Origin: Octopus sinensis
Taxonomy: Eukaryota
Direction: 5' to 3'
Assembly: GCF_006345805.1 (NCBI RefSeq)
Contig: NC_043010.1
Coordinates: 51,336,001-51,400,000 of the forward strand
Length of the DNA: 64,000 nucleotides
Part shown: piece by piece, positions 12,798 through 26,109 of the stretch
Layout of the letters: each line of letters begins with the position of its first letter
Position numbering within the stretch: the first letter of the stretch is position 1
Made by a program: the position numbers and the translations under genes
Notes under the pieces: model-generated
Databases searched by the model: none
What the model saw: only the letters and a program-made list of their open reading frames with translations
What the model was told of the DNA's origin: nothing

Positions 12798-13661
12798 AAC
12801 CACAAAGTTACAGGGACACAAACACACCGATACCGGTTGTTAAGCAGTGACAGGAACAGACACAGACACATACAAATGTACGTATGTGTGTGTGAGAGAG
12901 AGAGAGAGGCTTCTTTCAGTTTCTGCCTACCAAATCCACTCACAAGGCTTTGGTTGGCTCGAGTCTATAGTAGAAGACAGTTACCCAAGGTACCACCATG
13001 TGGTTGGGAAGCAAACTTCTTATTTCTTTATTTCCCATAAGGGGCTAAACAGAGGGGACAAACAAGGACGGACAAAGGGATTAAGTAGTTCGGCAAAAGA
13101 GAAAACACCATGCAGACTGCAACAGTCAATAAAACAGAAACATAGTTTAAAAATTTATTCTTTCAGTGAGTCCCAGTACCAAATAATCCATGGCCCAGGG
13201 TTGGGACCTGTCAGAGCATTATATATTGCAATATAGAGCAATGCTCCGCAACCACTTTTTCACTTGCAGTACACTTATATTCTTTTCAAAATTCGGTGGC
13301 ACACTTGAACTAAAAGCATAAAACTAAAAGCATAGGGCAAAAAAAAAATTATACTCAGGTTACACTGCGGCACACTGGTTGTGGAGAACTGGCATAGAGG
13401 CAGTAGTATACTATGATAAAGCATTTTAATAGTACTGTACAAATTTCGTGGCCGTTCGCCAGCTCTGTCTGGCACCTGTGCAGGTGGCACGTAAAAAACA
13501 CCCACTACACTCGCGGAGTGGTTGGCGTTAGGAAGGGCATCCAGCCGTAGAAACACTGCCAGATCTGACTGGGCCTGACGAAGCCTTCCAGCTTCACAGA
13601 CCCCAGTTGACCCGTCCAACCCATGCTAGCATGGAAAGCGGACGCTAAATGATGATGATGA

Positions 13662-14017
13662 TGATAAACGGCAAAATGTCTGCGTGTGTGTCCTTTATAC
13701 AAATCCACAATTTTTCAGTTAGAGGGCTTGCACTTTCTATGGTCATTCAAATCCGTCCAAGGGTGGTCATGCACATCTTTACATTTCCCCAGTCACCCCG
13801 TAAAGCCATTAAAAAAATCAATAGAAGTGACTTTTTTGTGAATTTTCTATCCAAAACTCAATCAAAATGCCCGAAACTTGATATGCCAATTGAACGCCAG
13901 CTAGCTGTATGTGATTGGTCGGAGATTTGGACAGTACTCGCGTGTATGTGCACACGCACGCAGCTGTATATGCATGCACTAGCACTATGACCTGGCGTTG
14001 CCGGGTCATAGTGCTAG
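13662..14017 (+). mobile_element. Non-autonomous Helitron-like element, family 2
   Basis: Ends in a GC hairpin and CTAG followed by T; near-identical copy at 30043-30391. Confidence 0.65.
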
Positions 14018-14614
14018 TAGCATATAATAGTATAGTGTAATGTACAAATGTACTATTTATATAATACAACACACATTAGCAAGAAGATCACATACTTAAA
14101 TAACCTCTTGAACCAGAATTAATAAGATAAAATCAATATAAGCTGATAGACAACTGAATATGAATACATAAATATATTAATATACATAATACTTACATAT
14201 ATATCTATCTTAATATACATACATATATGCATACACACACACACACATATATATATATGTGATTTTATAACGCACTATATATATATATATATATGTATAT
14301 ATATAAGAAAACCAAAAAATACTAAGTCTATTTGTTTGTGTGTGTGTATACATACATATGTATTTGTGATTATCAAGTAATTACTAATCCAACTAAGAGG
14401 ACAGATAATTCCTTTGAGAGTTTACATAATCTGTTTTATATAAGACAAACATTCACCATTTGTGTGTGTGAATACCAATCAGCTAAATTATTCCATTCTT
14501 AGAATCAACAAGGGAGCCTCTAAGCAATTGTCAGGCTCACTAGAAATACCACCACCTAAATTTCCCTTCCTTGATTTTATAACGCACTATCTCAAAAATA
14601 AATAAATTAATAAA

Positions 14615-15270
14615 TCTCTCTATATATAAAGCTGAAGTTGTCTGTGTGTGGCAGGTTTGGTAGCCTTCAACTAACACTATCTCCCCCGAGACCCTGCGGC
14701 GCAAGTTGACCAAAAGTGAGAGTATGATAGAAGAAGGCTTGCTCTTCCTTCCGTAGAAGAAAAAATTCAAATCGGACCATGTTAACACCAACAATTATTT
14801 ACATCAAAAAGGTGCTTTTTTTCTATGAAAATCCCTATTTTTACGATTTTTTTACTGCTGTGTCGCCATTTTTCGGTGTATTTCAACCAGAGAAGTGTTG
14901 CTCGGGTTTGTTTCGACCCTTTAGAATTGGAATTTTTGAAAAGTAAAAATTTTGCCTTATGTAGCTTGTTATTCTCTTTAAGTGAACATTTTTCTGGTTG
15001 AAATACACCGAAAAATGGCGACACAGCAGTCAAAAACTCATAAAAAATAGGGATTTTCATAGGAAAAAAGCACCTTTTTGATGTAAATAATTTTTGGTGT
15101 TAACATGGTCCGATTTGAATTTTTTCTTCTACGGAAGGAAGAGCAAGCCTTCTTGTATCATACTCTCACTTTTGGTCAACTTGTGCCGCAGGGTCTCGGA
15201 GGAGATAGTATTAGTTGAAGGCTACCAAACCTACCATACACAGATAACTTCAGCTTTATATATATAGAGA
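14615..15270. mobile_element. Two non-autonomous Helitron-like copies (family 1) fused tail-to-tail, forming a long inverted repeat
   Basis: Both outer ends read TCTATATATAAAGCTGAAGTT. Arms ~14617-14897 and ~14987-15270. A monomer with both termini is at 50765-51325. Confidence 0.75.
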
Positions 15271-15984
15271 TGTATGTGTATACGTATGTGTGTGTAAAAT
15301 AAAACAACATTAACAAACAAAAAAACAAAAGTAAAAGCCCACGGTTATGTCACTCACATGCTTGTTCATGATGACTGATAGTGTTGTTGCTATTGTTGTT
15401 CAATGTTAGTTGGTTAGTTTTTGAGGTGAAGAGGAGGAAGAAGAAGAGTTGTAGAGAGTTAAAGTGATGAAGATAGACCGCAAAAAGGTTAGGGCAAAAG
15501 TTCAGGCCAGCAGCGGCGGCAATGAGCAGGTTGCTGTTGTTATTGTCAGAAACAATAACATCAACAATGGTAGCTGCAACAGTAATGTAAAACTGTTAAT
15601 GAGGAATGCTTCAGAGAAAATTAGCAAACAAACAAATAAATAAATAACAGATTAATTAGGTAAATAAACAAATTAATACGCAGTCAGTGCGAAGGAAAAA
15701 GTTGAGAAGGGTGGGGCGCGGAGAAGAGTTTAGAAATTACACAAGCAAAAGTGCTGAACAGGCAAAAGATCAGTGAGCAAATGCAGGTGTGTAGACGTGG
15801 CTTTGTGCTTGATAAGCTTGCTTTGCAGCTGTGTGGCTTGGGGTTCAGTGACATTAGGTGGCACCTTGGGCGAGTGCATTCTATGACAGACCCAGGGTGA
15901 CCAATGGTTTGTGAGTAAAATTGGTAGGTGAAAACTATGTGGGATCCTGTCATATAATCAGGAATCTTGCAAAATGAATTGATA

Positions 15985-16032
<48 letters not shown>

Positions 16033-16033
<1 letters not shown>

Positions 16034-16275
16034 GGAGGCGCAATGGCCCAGTGGTTAGGGCAGCGGACTCGCGGTTGGAGGATCGCAGTTTCGATTCCCA
16101 GACCGGGCGTTGTGTGTGTTTATTGAGTGAAAACACCTAAAGCTCCACGAAGCTCCGGCACTCTTCTTCCTGTTTCTTGAGTAACGCTGCGATGGACTGG
16201 CGTCCCGCCCAGCTGGGGAGAACACATATGCCATAGAAACCAGAAACCGGGAAACTGGTCCCATGAGCCTGGCTT
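16033..16275 (+). mobile_element. SINE family C (tRNA-derived)
   Basis: ggaggcgcaatggcccagtggttagggc...gtttcgattcc (A/B-box-like). Confidence 0.75.
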
Positions 16276-16629
16276 TTCAGCCTCCACCTCGTATATATTC
16301 ATACAATGGACTTCAATTTGTTTTTCTGTCTACCAAATTAACTCACAAGGCTTTGGTTGGAGTGGAGCTATAATAGAAGACCCCTTGCCTAAGGTTCTGT
16401 TCAGATGGAGTGAAGCCGAGATGACATGGTTGGGAATCAAACTTCTTAACCACAAAGCCATGCTTGCACCTATTAACACACACACATACAAATAAATATA
16501 ATCATCATTTAACATCTGTATTCTATACTGGCAGAGGCTGGATGGTTTGACAAGATCAGACTAGAGGACAGCATTAGGCTCTAATGTCTGCTTTGGCATG
16601 GCTTATCTCTATATTTATAGCCCTCTTCT

Positions 16630-16946
16630 GTCTCTCTCTCTCTCATGTGTATGTGTGTGTGTGTGTGTGTATAGATATTATTGTACATATATATATATAT
16701 ATATATATGTATGTATATATATCTGTGTGTGCATATATAGATATATATATATACATATATATATGTATGTGTGCATATATATATATATATATATCTGTGT
16801 GTGCATATATATATATACATACATACACGCATATATATATACATACATGCATATATATGTATATATTATATTAATATATATCTGTGTGTGTGTATATATA
16901 TATGTATGTATATATATGTGTGTGTGTGTGTGCATGCATATATGTA

Positions 16947-16982
<36 letters not shown>
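16630..16982. repeat. Compound (TA)/(TG) microsatellite
   Basis: Directly visible. Similar tracts at 23140-23420 and 28095-28615. Confidence 0.95.
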
Positions 16983-16984
<2 letters not shown>

Positions 16985-17536
16985 ATTAAGCTGTTAAGCT
17001 AGTGAAACTGATCAAGTACCAAACTTCTGCTAGATGATATCAATACAAAAACAGAGACCGAATAGATACAGTGAAGGATAGGATTACAATTTTAGAATAT
17101 ATTGTTTCAGAGATGGATGTCATCAAGGTTGGCACAAAAAAGTAAAGAATTGTTGTTGTTGTTTAACTCTGGGTCAGCCCTGATGAAGCAAACCTATGAT
17201 TAAAGGTATTCCAGCCATGACCATCCCATCTTTTAGAGTGGAGTGCCAAAAGAGATTTTTAGGTTTTATTTAAAGGCCATTCCTTTTCGGATGTATGCTT
17301 GCAGAGAGATATTACATTTGTTTGCAGGGAGTTATTACATTTCCTGGTAACCCTCTTTTAGAGCTTACAACTCTTGGTAACTTGGAGAGAAAAGTAAGGT
17401 ATACCAAGGGATCTATGCCCATTATTATAAAAATCAGTTATTTCATTAAAGTTACAAACAAAACGTGATTGTAACCAGGGTTTATCAGGATAAAGAAAGT
17501 CACCCTAAGCCTTGAAAAACAGAACCTCAACTTTAT

Positions 17537-18015
17537 CAGTTCTGTATTTAAGAGATGAGGAATTATGTACATTATTTACGTTCGACGGTTATTTGTCCTC
17601 ATCTTGCTTGTTGTTAACACAACGTTTTGGCTGATATACCCTCCAGCCTTCATCAGATGTCTTGGGGAAATTCCAAACCTGGGTTCTCATTCCTAAGGTA
17701 CTTTTCGATATTATTATTATTATTGTTGTTCAGATCACTGCTTGCTTGGAATTGAACTTGGAATCTTGGGGTTAGTAGCCCATGCTCTTAATCCCAAGAT
17801 TCCGAGTTCAATTCCAAGCAGTTACCTGAACAACAACAACAACAATAATAATAATAGTAATAATAACAATAACAACCTCGAAAATACCTTAGGAATGAGA
17901 ACCCAGGTTCGAAATTTCCCCAAGACACCTAAAGAAGGCTGGAGGGTATATCAGCCGATTTGTTGTGTTAACAACACATAAGATGAGGACAAATATCCGT
18001 CGAATGTAAATAATG
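17537..18015. mobile_element. Head-to-head inverted dimer of a tRNA-headed, hammerhead-bearing element (Penelope-associated)
   Basis: Arms 17570-17770 and 17792-18015. Flanking 11-bp direct repeat CTCAACTTTAT. Hammerhead-like motif in each arm. Confidence 0.7.
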
Positions 18016-19399
18016 CTCAACTTTATAATCATAGTACTTACATCTACTTTCTATGCTGGCATGGGTAAGAAGAGTCATTACAGTTTGAACTAGCTCTCAT
18101 TCAGAGTTTATTGTCCTAAATGGGTTGGGAGAGAATTTATCACCAAAACATTATTAACCTTTTGCCTAACCTGTGTATCATATGTGACACACAGGACATA
18201 TTTTGTTGGTGTCATGCATCAGATATGACACACTTTCCCAATTTCTTTTCAACCACTGCAGTAATTTGAGACTTATGAAAAGGAAGGCTTTATATTACTC
18301 AGAACGTATGAAACAAGGACTAATTTAAAAGTCTTCAAATAAAGAAGTTTAGGATAAACTTACTAAGATGCTTTGGACAAATGGTTAAATATGGCAGGGT
18401 ATCTACAATGAGGTGTCCTTTCTATCACTAATCACTTTACAGAGCTTACTAAGAACATTTTATTTTGGGAGCAGTAATAGAGAAGTTATGTCCTCCACAA
18501 GACAAGACTAAGGGACTTCATGAACCGGCACTGTCTTCACTTATTTGCCAAATGTTCAATTTCTCCCTCTTGGGGTTCGTAGTCTTGTCAGCTGCACAGT
18601 AACCTCATTAGCGTTGGTGACATGGAAAATGCACTTAGTACACAATGTAAAGTGGCAAGTACTACGAAAGGCATCTAACCACAGAAACCATGCTGAAGTA
18701 GATACTGGCCCACAATGCAGTCCTTGGACCCATGGACGTTAAATGATGATGATGATGATGAGCATTTAGGATCATGTTATGCAATGTCCCCCTGCCCACT
18801 TTTTTAAGAAGGAGGATGTAATTTGAGGGTGTTTGGTTGCAGTTTCTAGAAGGCTGACTGCATGAAGGCTCTCTCTCACTGACATGTTAGTTGTAATGTA
18901 TGGAGGTAATGATAGAGTGGGAGTGTTTAAAACAGCCAATGGTTGTGCAGGGCCAGAGGTGCAAAGGCAAAGTTCTAATTTGGAAGTAAGAAACAGGTCA
19001 TGCAAATTGGGTATGGATGAATGGTTGCTGGAAATGAAAAGTTCTGTATAGGGAGAATGGCAAAGAATTTTGCTTTTGCACCGTTTGAGCCAACATGAGA
19101 GAATAACGAAGGTTACAGATCAAAGAAGAGTGTTACAATAGGTAGATAAGCAGTTATTAAATTCTAGAGAAGAGCTACAGCTAAAACTAGTTATTAAACA
19201 AACACTAGAAAAATGGCTGGGAGGAATAGGTGAATGAATATTAAGTGAACACTTCAGAATAACTGAACAATGAACAGCTAGTGAATACTTTAGGAACATG
19301 CAGTGAAAATTTAGTGAACAGAACCTCAGCTAAAACCAGTTATTAAACAAATACTGGAGAAGTAGAGGTGAGGAATAGGTGAACATTTAGTGACAATTT

Positions 19400-20180
19400 C
19401 AGAATAATTGAACAATATATGGTCGGTGAACACTTCTGAATTACTGAACAATACATGGTCGGTGAACACTTCTGAATAACTGAACAATACATGGTCGGTG
19501 AACACTTCTGAATAACTGAACAATACATGGTCGGTGAACACTTCTGAATAACTGAACAATACATGGTCGGTGAACACTTCTGAATAACTGAACAATACAT
19601 GGTCAGTGAACACTTCTGAATAACTGAACAATACATGGTCAGTGAACACTTCTGAATAACTGAACAATACATGGTCAGTGAACACTTCTGAATAACTGAA
19701 CAATACATGGTCAGTGAACACTTCTGAATAACTGAACAATACATGGTCAGTGAACACTTCTGAATAACTGAACAATACATGGTCAGTGAACACTTCTGAA
19801 TAACTGAACAATACATGGTCAGTGAACACTTCTGAATAACTGAACAATACATGGTCAGTGAACACTTCTGAATAACTGAACAATACATGGTCAGTGAACA
19901 CTTCTGAATAACTGAACAATACATGGTCAGTGAACACTTCTGAATAACTGAACAATACATGGTCAGTGAACACTTCTGAATAACTGAACAATACATGGTC
20001 AGTGAACACTTCTGAATAACTGAACAATACATGGTCAGTGAACACTTCTGAATAACTGAACAATACATGGTCAGTGAATACTTCTGAATAACTGAACAAT
20101 ACATGGTCAGTGAACACTTCTGAATAACTGAACAATACATGGTCAGTGAACACTTCTGAATAATTGAACAATACATGATT
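19400..20180. repeat. 36-bp minisatellite, about 21 copies
   Basis: Unit gtgaacacttctgaataactgaacaatacatggtc(a/g); no spacers. Confidence 0.97.
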
Positions 20181-20974
20181 AAAGAACACTTTATAAACAT
20201 TTAGTGAACAACTTTCATAGACAGCAATACAAATTACTAGAACACATTTCACACATATGCAATAATCATTTAAATTTAGCGATCATTCTAACAAAAATTT
20301 GAAATGGTATACATTGTTAAAGCGTTTTGAACAACTAGTAAACACCTGTAGTTGACAGTTAATAAACATTTTAGAATAAAGCCAGCGGGGAAGCATCATT
20401 CAAATGTTACAACAATGAAAGGAATCTGTTCGGAGACCAGAAGAAAGTTGTAAATTCATTAACTGATGATTAATACACACACAGCTTATACTTGTACTAC
20501 TACTACTACTAGAACAATAAAAACATAGGCACGGGCATGGTTGTGTGATCCAGAAGCTCACTTTGCAACCATGTGGTTTTGGGTTCAGTCCCACTGCATA
20601 GAACCTTGGGTAAGTTTCTTCTACATGGCCTCAAGCTGACCAAAGCCTTGCGAGTCAATTTAGTGGATGGAAACTGTGGATGCACATCATGTGTGTGTGT
20701 GTGTCTGCATATATAAATAAATATATAGATATACAGTAGGGGCCATAATATAAGGGTCAGTAAGAACAAGTGTATTGAAATAGTTATTATAGAAGATTAA
20801 CAACACATTGAGACTTGATATTTTACACATATTTAGATATATCTAATATCTACCTTTCGTAAAAATTTCAAGTGAATGGAATAAATATTTTGTAAGTTAT
20901 GAGGAAATAAACAAATAATCTTCTAAACTGCAATGGCCAAAAGTTAAGGGTCACTTAGAAAAAAATGAACTACT

Positions 20975-21381
20975 AGGAGTGGCTGTGTGGTAAGTAGCTT
21001 GCTTACCAACCACATGGTTCCGGGTTCAGTCCCACTGCATGGCATCTTGGGCAAGTGTCTTCTGCTATGGCCCCGGGCCGACCAATGCCTTGTGAGTGGA
21101 TTTGGTAGACGGAAACTGAAAGAAGCCTGTTGTATATATGTGTATATATATATATATGTATGCGTGTGTGTGTTTGTGTGTCTGTGTTTGTCCCCCAAGC
21201 ATTGCTTGACAACCGATGCTGGTGTGTTTACGTCCCAGTCACTTAGCGGTTCGGCAAAAGAGACTGATAGAATAAGTACTGGGCTTCCAAAGAATAAGTC
21301 CTGGGGTTGATTTGCTCGACTAAAGGTGGTGCTCCAGCATGGCCGCAGTCAAATGACTGAAACAAGTAAAAGAGTAAAGAG
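20975..21381 (+). mobile_element. SINE family A, full length
   Basis: ggagtggctgtgtggtaag...gggttcagtccc (A/B boxes), cttgggcaagtg CORE-like segment, internal (TA)n(TG)n, gtaaaagag tail. Confidence 0.9.
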
Positions 21382-21871
21382 TACTAACCAAGCTATTTGT
21401 TGTTTAAAAGACATAACTGTGCCGGTGGCATGTAAAAAGCACCCACTACACTCTCGGAGTGGTTGGCGTTAGGAAGGGCATCCAGCTGTAGAAACTCTGC
21501 CAAATCAAGATTGAAGCCTGGTGCAGCCATCTGGTTCGCCAGCCCTCAGTCAAAATCGTCCAACCCATGCTAGCATGGAAAGCAGGTGTTAAACAATGAT
21601 GATGATGATGATGAATGGGCTAATCTTATTTTACAGGTTATCCAACATCCTTATTAATGCCAGTGGCATGAAAGAAAACCATATAAGTCAAAGACATTTA
21701 TGCAATGTTTGTTGAATCCTTTTTTTAAGAAAGTAGGGTGTGATTTGAAGCATATTTTGCTTCTATTTCTAATCTGTTGATCAAGCACATAAGGGCAGCC
21801 AGTTGTCGGCGGCAGGTGACTTATTCCAAGTTATTCTGAACTGTGTTCTTCACCTGTACTACTGTAGAAAA

Positions 21872-22083
21872 TACTCTTTTACTTGTTTCAGTCATGTGAC
21901 TGTGGCCATGCTGGAGCACTGCCTTTAGTCGAGCAAATCAACCCCAGGACTTATTCTTTGTAAGCCTAGTACTTATTCTATCGGTCTCTTTTGCCGAACC
22001 ACTAAGTTACGGGCACGTAAACACAGACACACACACACATGTATATATATATATATATATATACATATACATACATACATATA

Positions 22084-22114
<31 letters not shown>

Positions 22115-22277
22115 CTACGACGGGCTTATTTTCAGTTTCCGTCTACTAAATCCACTCACAAGGCTTTGGTCGGCCCAAGGCTATAGTAGAAGACACTTGC
22201 CCAATGTGCCACGCAGTAGGACTTAAACCCGGAACCATGTGGGTGGTAAGCAAGCTACTTACCACACAGCCACTCCT
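21872..22277 (-). mobile_element. SINE family A, inverted relative to 20975-21381
   Basis: Reverse-complement match, ~490 bp from the plus-strand copy. Confidence 0.88.
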
Positions 22278-22769
22278 TGGCGATGTACTTTATATGAATG
22301 ACCTTGGATAGCATGATTGTGGTTAATAATACTCAATTTGAAACATCACTAAGTTACCGGCTGGTTTAGCAGGTGTGGGATATTTATTGATGGTAGTAGA
22401 AGGTGGGGAGAGAATGGAATGAGAAAATGATGTTTAAGGAGAAATGAGGAGTCAGGAGAGGGGGTGAGACATGTATTTGGAGCAAAGAGTTTAGTTTAGA
22501 ACGTGTTGCTGTTTAAACCCCAGGACAGACCCGTGGAAAAAAAAGACATTTCAGCTGTGTCTATCTCACCTACGCAGTTCAATGTATCTTTTTAGAGATG
22601 GTTGGGTCCAAGCTGAGATAAATTTAGTTTCTATTCATAGCAGGTTGAGCAACTGCGTAGACACCCCATCATTGGTTCATGTTTAAAAAAGAATGTCTGA
22701 GAAGTGAGACACAATGGAAGAGAGGGATGAAGGGGAGGAAAGGGCAGCTGAGGAGGAAATATATGGGTG

Positions 22770-23085
22770 TTGTTTTGGAAGTTGGTGGTGGTATGGTGAT
22801 GAAGATGATGATGATGACGATGGTAGTAATACCGATGGTGGTGGTGGCATTAGTCATGATCATGACAATGGTGAGGATGGTGGTAGTGGTGTGTTACTGT
22901 GCTGAGCATGCTAATAATGGTAGTGGCAGTAGTGATGGTGATGGTGGTGGTAGTGGTGAAGGTGGTGGTAGAGGTGATGAAGGTGGTGGCAGTGGTGGTG
23001 ATAGTGATGATGGTGGTGGTGGTGAGTAGCATAAAGTCAGTATGTATTGAAAGTGGGTGGTGGTGGTTGGTAGTGGTGGTGATGA
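22770..23085. repeat. Degenerate (GGT/GAT)n low-complexity tract
   Basis: Directly visible. Confidence 0.9.
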
Positions 23086-23342
23086 AGCCTGAACAACTCT
23101 CTACCTGGCAGGTGGCTTTACATTTTTTGGATGCAGTCCAGAATGTGTGTGCGTGCGTGTGTGTGTGTGTGTGTGAGTGTGTGTGTGTATAATATCCTGG
23201 ATATATGAACAGCACTCTTAATGTATAGTTATTGTTTAACAAGTGTGTGTGTGTGTGTGTGTGTACATGTAACTGCATTTATTTACAAACACACACACAG
23301 TGTATGTTTGTATATATGTGTGGGTATATGTCTGTGTGTGTA

Positions 23343-23412
<70 letters not shown>

Positions 23413-23883
23413 CACACACACTCATCTATCTCTAGTCAGACACACATGCACATTTTTATATTTATATTTTGTGTGTATTTATATTTATACACACACAATA
23501 AAGATATAAAATAAAGCATGGACAACTACAACCTTCATTTTGTCCTTCACTGAAGACAACAGGGCAAAGTCAGCCCCCATTGGTGGATACCACTGGTAAA
23601 CTTACTAGAAAAATAGTAGCCTGGCATTGATGCATGCATGTGTGAATATGCGCTATATGCAAACGTGTGTATACACATATATAAACAATTGCGTATCATC
23701 ATCATCGTTTAACATCTGCTTTCTATGCTAGCACGGGTTGGACGATTTGACTGAGGACTGGTGAACCAGATGGCTGCACCAGGCTCCAATCTGATCTGGC
23801 GGAGTTTCTACAGCTGGATGCCCTTCCTAACGCCAACCACTCCGAGAGTGTAGTGGGTGCTTTTACATGCCACCGGCATGAGG

Positions 23884-24298
23884 GCCAGTCTGGCAGTACT
23901 GGCAACGGCCAGTCTGGCAGTACTGGCAACGGCCAGTCTGGCAGTACTGGCAACAGCCAGTCTGGCAGTACTGGCAATGGCCAGTCTGGCAGTACTGGCA
24001 ACAGCCAGTCTGGCAGTACTGGCAACAGCCAGTCTGGCAGTACTGGCAACGGCCAGTCTGGCAGTACTGGCAACGGCCAGTCTGGCAGTACTGGCAACGG
24101 CCAGTCTGGCAGTACTGGCAACGGCCAGTCTGGCAGTACTGGCAACGGCCAGTCTGGCAGTACTGGCAACGGCCAGTCTGGCAGTACTGGCAACAGCCAG
24201 TCTGGCAGTACTGGCAACAGCCAGTCTGGCAGTACTGGCAACAGCCAGTCTGGCAGTACTGGCAACAGCCAGTCTGGCAGTACTGGCAACGGCCAGTC
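23884..24298. repeat. 24-bp minisatellite, about 17 copies, abutting an RTE-like 3'UTR
   Basis: Unit gccagtctggcagtactggcaac(g/a). Confidence 0.95.
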
Positions 24299-24729
24299 TT
24301 TTACTTGTTTCAATCATTAGACTGTGGCCATGCTGGGACATCACCTTCAAGAATTTTGGTTGAATGAATCAATCCCAGTATTTCTTTCTTTTTATTTTTT
24401 TTTAAGCCTGATACTTATTACCTATTTCTTTATTGCCCACAAGGGGCTAAACACAAAGGGGACGAACAAGGACAAACAGATTAAGTTGATTACATCGACC
24501 CCCAGTGCGTAACTGGTACTTAATTTATCGACCCCCAAAAGGATGAAAGGCAAAGCCCACAGATAATTTTTTCACTATAGACCTTAATGGTCATAAAGGC
24601 ACTATATCAGTGGATAGATTAAAAAAGGCCTTCATAGAGAAAACTGTCCCTGTTCCCACTGCAGACGACACACACACACAGCATTACAAACACGGCCCGC
24701 TCACCCACCTTCACATTCCATGACTACCA

Positions 24730-24940
24730 TTGGGATCGATCAGGTACCGGACAAGATTCTAGAGTATTTTCCTGTTTTTTTTACATAATTTTTGAGAATG
24801 GTCAAGTTCATTTTTTAGTATTCTTGTTTGTGAGAGCAGTTGAATTTATTTCAAATATTTTAAAAATCACCTCCAGCTAATTGTTGAGAGGACATTAGTG
24901 TTGCCTTGGCGGAGGTTTGCACTCTCTGAGTGTCCTTGTT
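24730..24940 (+). mobile_element. Helentron-associated (HINE-like) element fragment
   Basis: Ends ccttggcggaggtttgcactctctgagtgtccttgtt; homologous to 41086-41453 in the opposite orientation. Confidence 0.55.
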
Positions 24941-25409
24941 CTATCTATGTTTTACTTGTTTCAGTGGCCATGCTGGGGCACCGATCACTTTTGCTGAACT
25001 ACTAAAATACAGGGCCATAAACACCAACACCAGTTATCAAGAGGTGGTGGGGAACAAACACAGACAAATGTGCACACACACACACACACGCACACACACA
25101 CATATTTTCTGTGTACCAAATCCACTTATAAAGTTTTGGTTGGCTCAAGGGGCCACACACATTGGAACTGAATCCAGAACAATGCAGTTAGGAAGCAAAC
25201 CACACTCCAGCATGGCCACAGTCAAATGACTGAAACAAATAAAAGAATATATACATATATATGAAATGTTTGTGTGTGCAAATTCTATTATTGGTTTCAG
25301 CCAGAGACCATGACCATAATGGAGCACTACCGTAAGAAATGTGTTCCCATCTTGAGCAAAACCAGGATGCCTGGGTGAAAGCCAGGAAATGTCTGTGTCC
25401 ATATACATA

Positions 25410-25454
<45 letters not shown>

Positions 25455-26109
25455 ATGCATACACATACACAAAAAATGTGGTATATGTATATTTATATAC
25501 ATTAAAGAAGTCACCTTCGAAAAACATTTAGAAAGGTTTCGGTGTAGACTCATGTTTCAGCAATGTGCTGGTTTAGCTTTAGCTCCCCCTACACCTCTCT
25601 CAGATCCATCATTTATCTGTTTCTTCCTCTCTCATATCCATCTCACACACACTCTTTTATCTCTGTTTCTTGCTATCTCACGCATACTCATTTTTTTTCT
25701 AAATACTCTCTTTACACACCACAAACAGGTGCAATTAATGAGACTAGTTATCAGTGATTGTATATCGCTTAAGATATGTTTCCAACCTTCTCTTTCATTC
25801 ATTGTACAGCTTTATCATGACGAAGTGGATGGGCTAGAAACATCCATACTGTTTGTTGCGTGATCAGAAACTTTACTTCAGAACTAAGTGGTTTCAGGTT
25901 CAATTCTACCATGTAGCATCTTAAGCAAGTATCTTCTATAACTTCAGCCCAACCAGTGCCTCAGTGTTAAGGATAAGATGACCACTAGTTTTTTAATACA
26001 TGAATATAATGTTCAAACTGTTGTGTCCCTGGAAATCACTCTCTTCCATGTGTGCATTCTTGCTTAGGTTTATTTGTCTAATGGACAGTTTTCTTTTTGC
26101 TACTTATAA

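Noticed and set aside
19326-20252. 308-aa and 285-aa ORFs, and a CRISPR-like 36-bp periodicity
   Set aside because: Pure tandem repeat with no spacers and no cas genes in eukaryotic context; the ORFs are translations of the repeat.
20975-21050. tRNA-like sequences at SINE heads
   Set aside because: A/B boxes without a complete cloverleaf, followed by SINE bodies; not called as tRNA genes.
23723-24363. Repetitive ORFs (GQSGSTGN, PVLPDW) in several frames
   Set aside because: A 24-bp minisatellite derived from a retroelement UTR, open in multiple frames on both strands.
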